A stretch of DNA of 64,000 nt, from NCBI GenBank assembly GCA_963833985.1, contig CAWIAD010000001.1, positions 2,880,001 to 2,944,000 on the forward strand, given 5' to 3'. Below are positions 63,909-64,000 of this stretch, piece by piece; positions within the stretch are counted from its first letter, which is position 1; each line of letters begins with the position of its first letter. The position numbers were made by a program, and so were the translations under genes. The notes beneath the pieces were generated by a model, which was not told the DNA's origin, ran no database searches, and saw only the letters and a list, made by a program, of their open reading frames with translations. Source of the DNA: an uncultured Planctomycetaceae bacterium. Lineage in GTDB: Bacteria; Planctomycetota; Planctomycetia; Isosphaerales; Isosphaeraceae.

Positions 63909-64000
63909 CGGATCGCGAAGCAGACGGCACCGGTAACGAGCCAGGCTTGCGGCTCAGGAGATGGAACTGGCCTGGGAACCGCCTCGGTCGGGAGGAGGAG

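Overview
High-GC bacterial chromosome segment, most likely from a planctomycete (Isosphaeraceae-like). That call is inferred from the DUF1501 gene, the kinase-TM-TPR protein, the extended ECF sigma factor and the REP types. Core genes: rpsB-tsf-pyrH-frr next to tRNA-Val(GAC), cyaB-aroF, lpxB, a suf Fe-S cluster without sufS, enolase, an RND pump and several glycoside hydrolases. Mobile and repeat DNA: an IS5 with a 3-bp TSD, an ISAs1 with a 10-bp TSD upstream of rpsB, a RelE/HigB-HigA pair, several REP/REPIN/MITE families, and two copies of a RAYT-like HUH element (one intact, one deleted). Strongest candidates for undescribed biology: (1) both HUH elements begin with a stutter array of nested, variably 3'-truncated copies of their own end sequence, and end in a covarying hairpin repeat; (2) an unannotated 51-aa double-glycine precursor peptide lies between a membrane Ser/Thr kinase-TPR gene and an HlyD secretion gene; (3) a toxin/immunity-like two-gene cassette sits between sufB and sufD. 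About ten genes carry apparent small frameshifts, probably sequencing or assembly indels.
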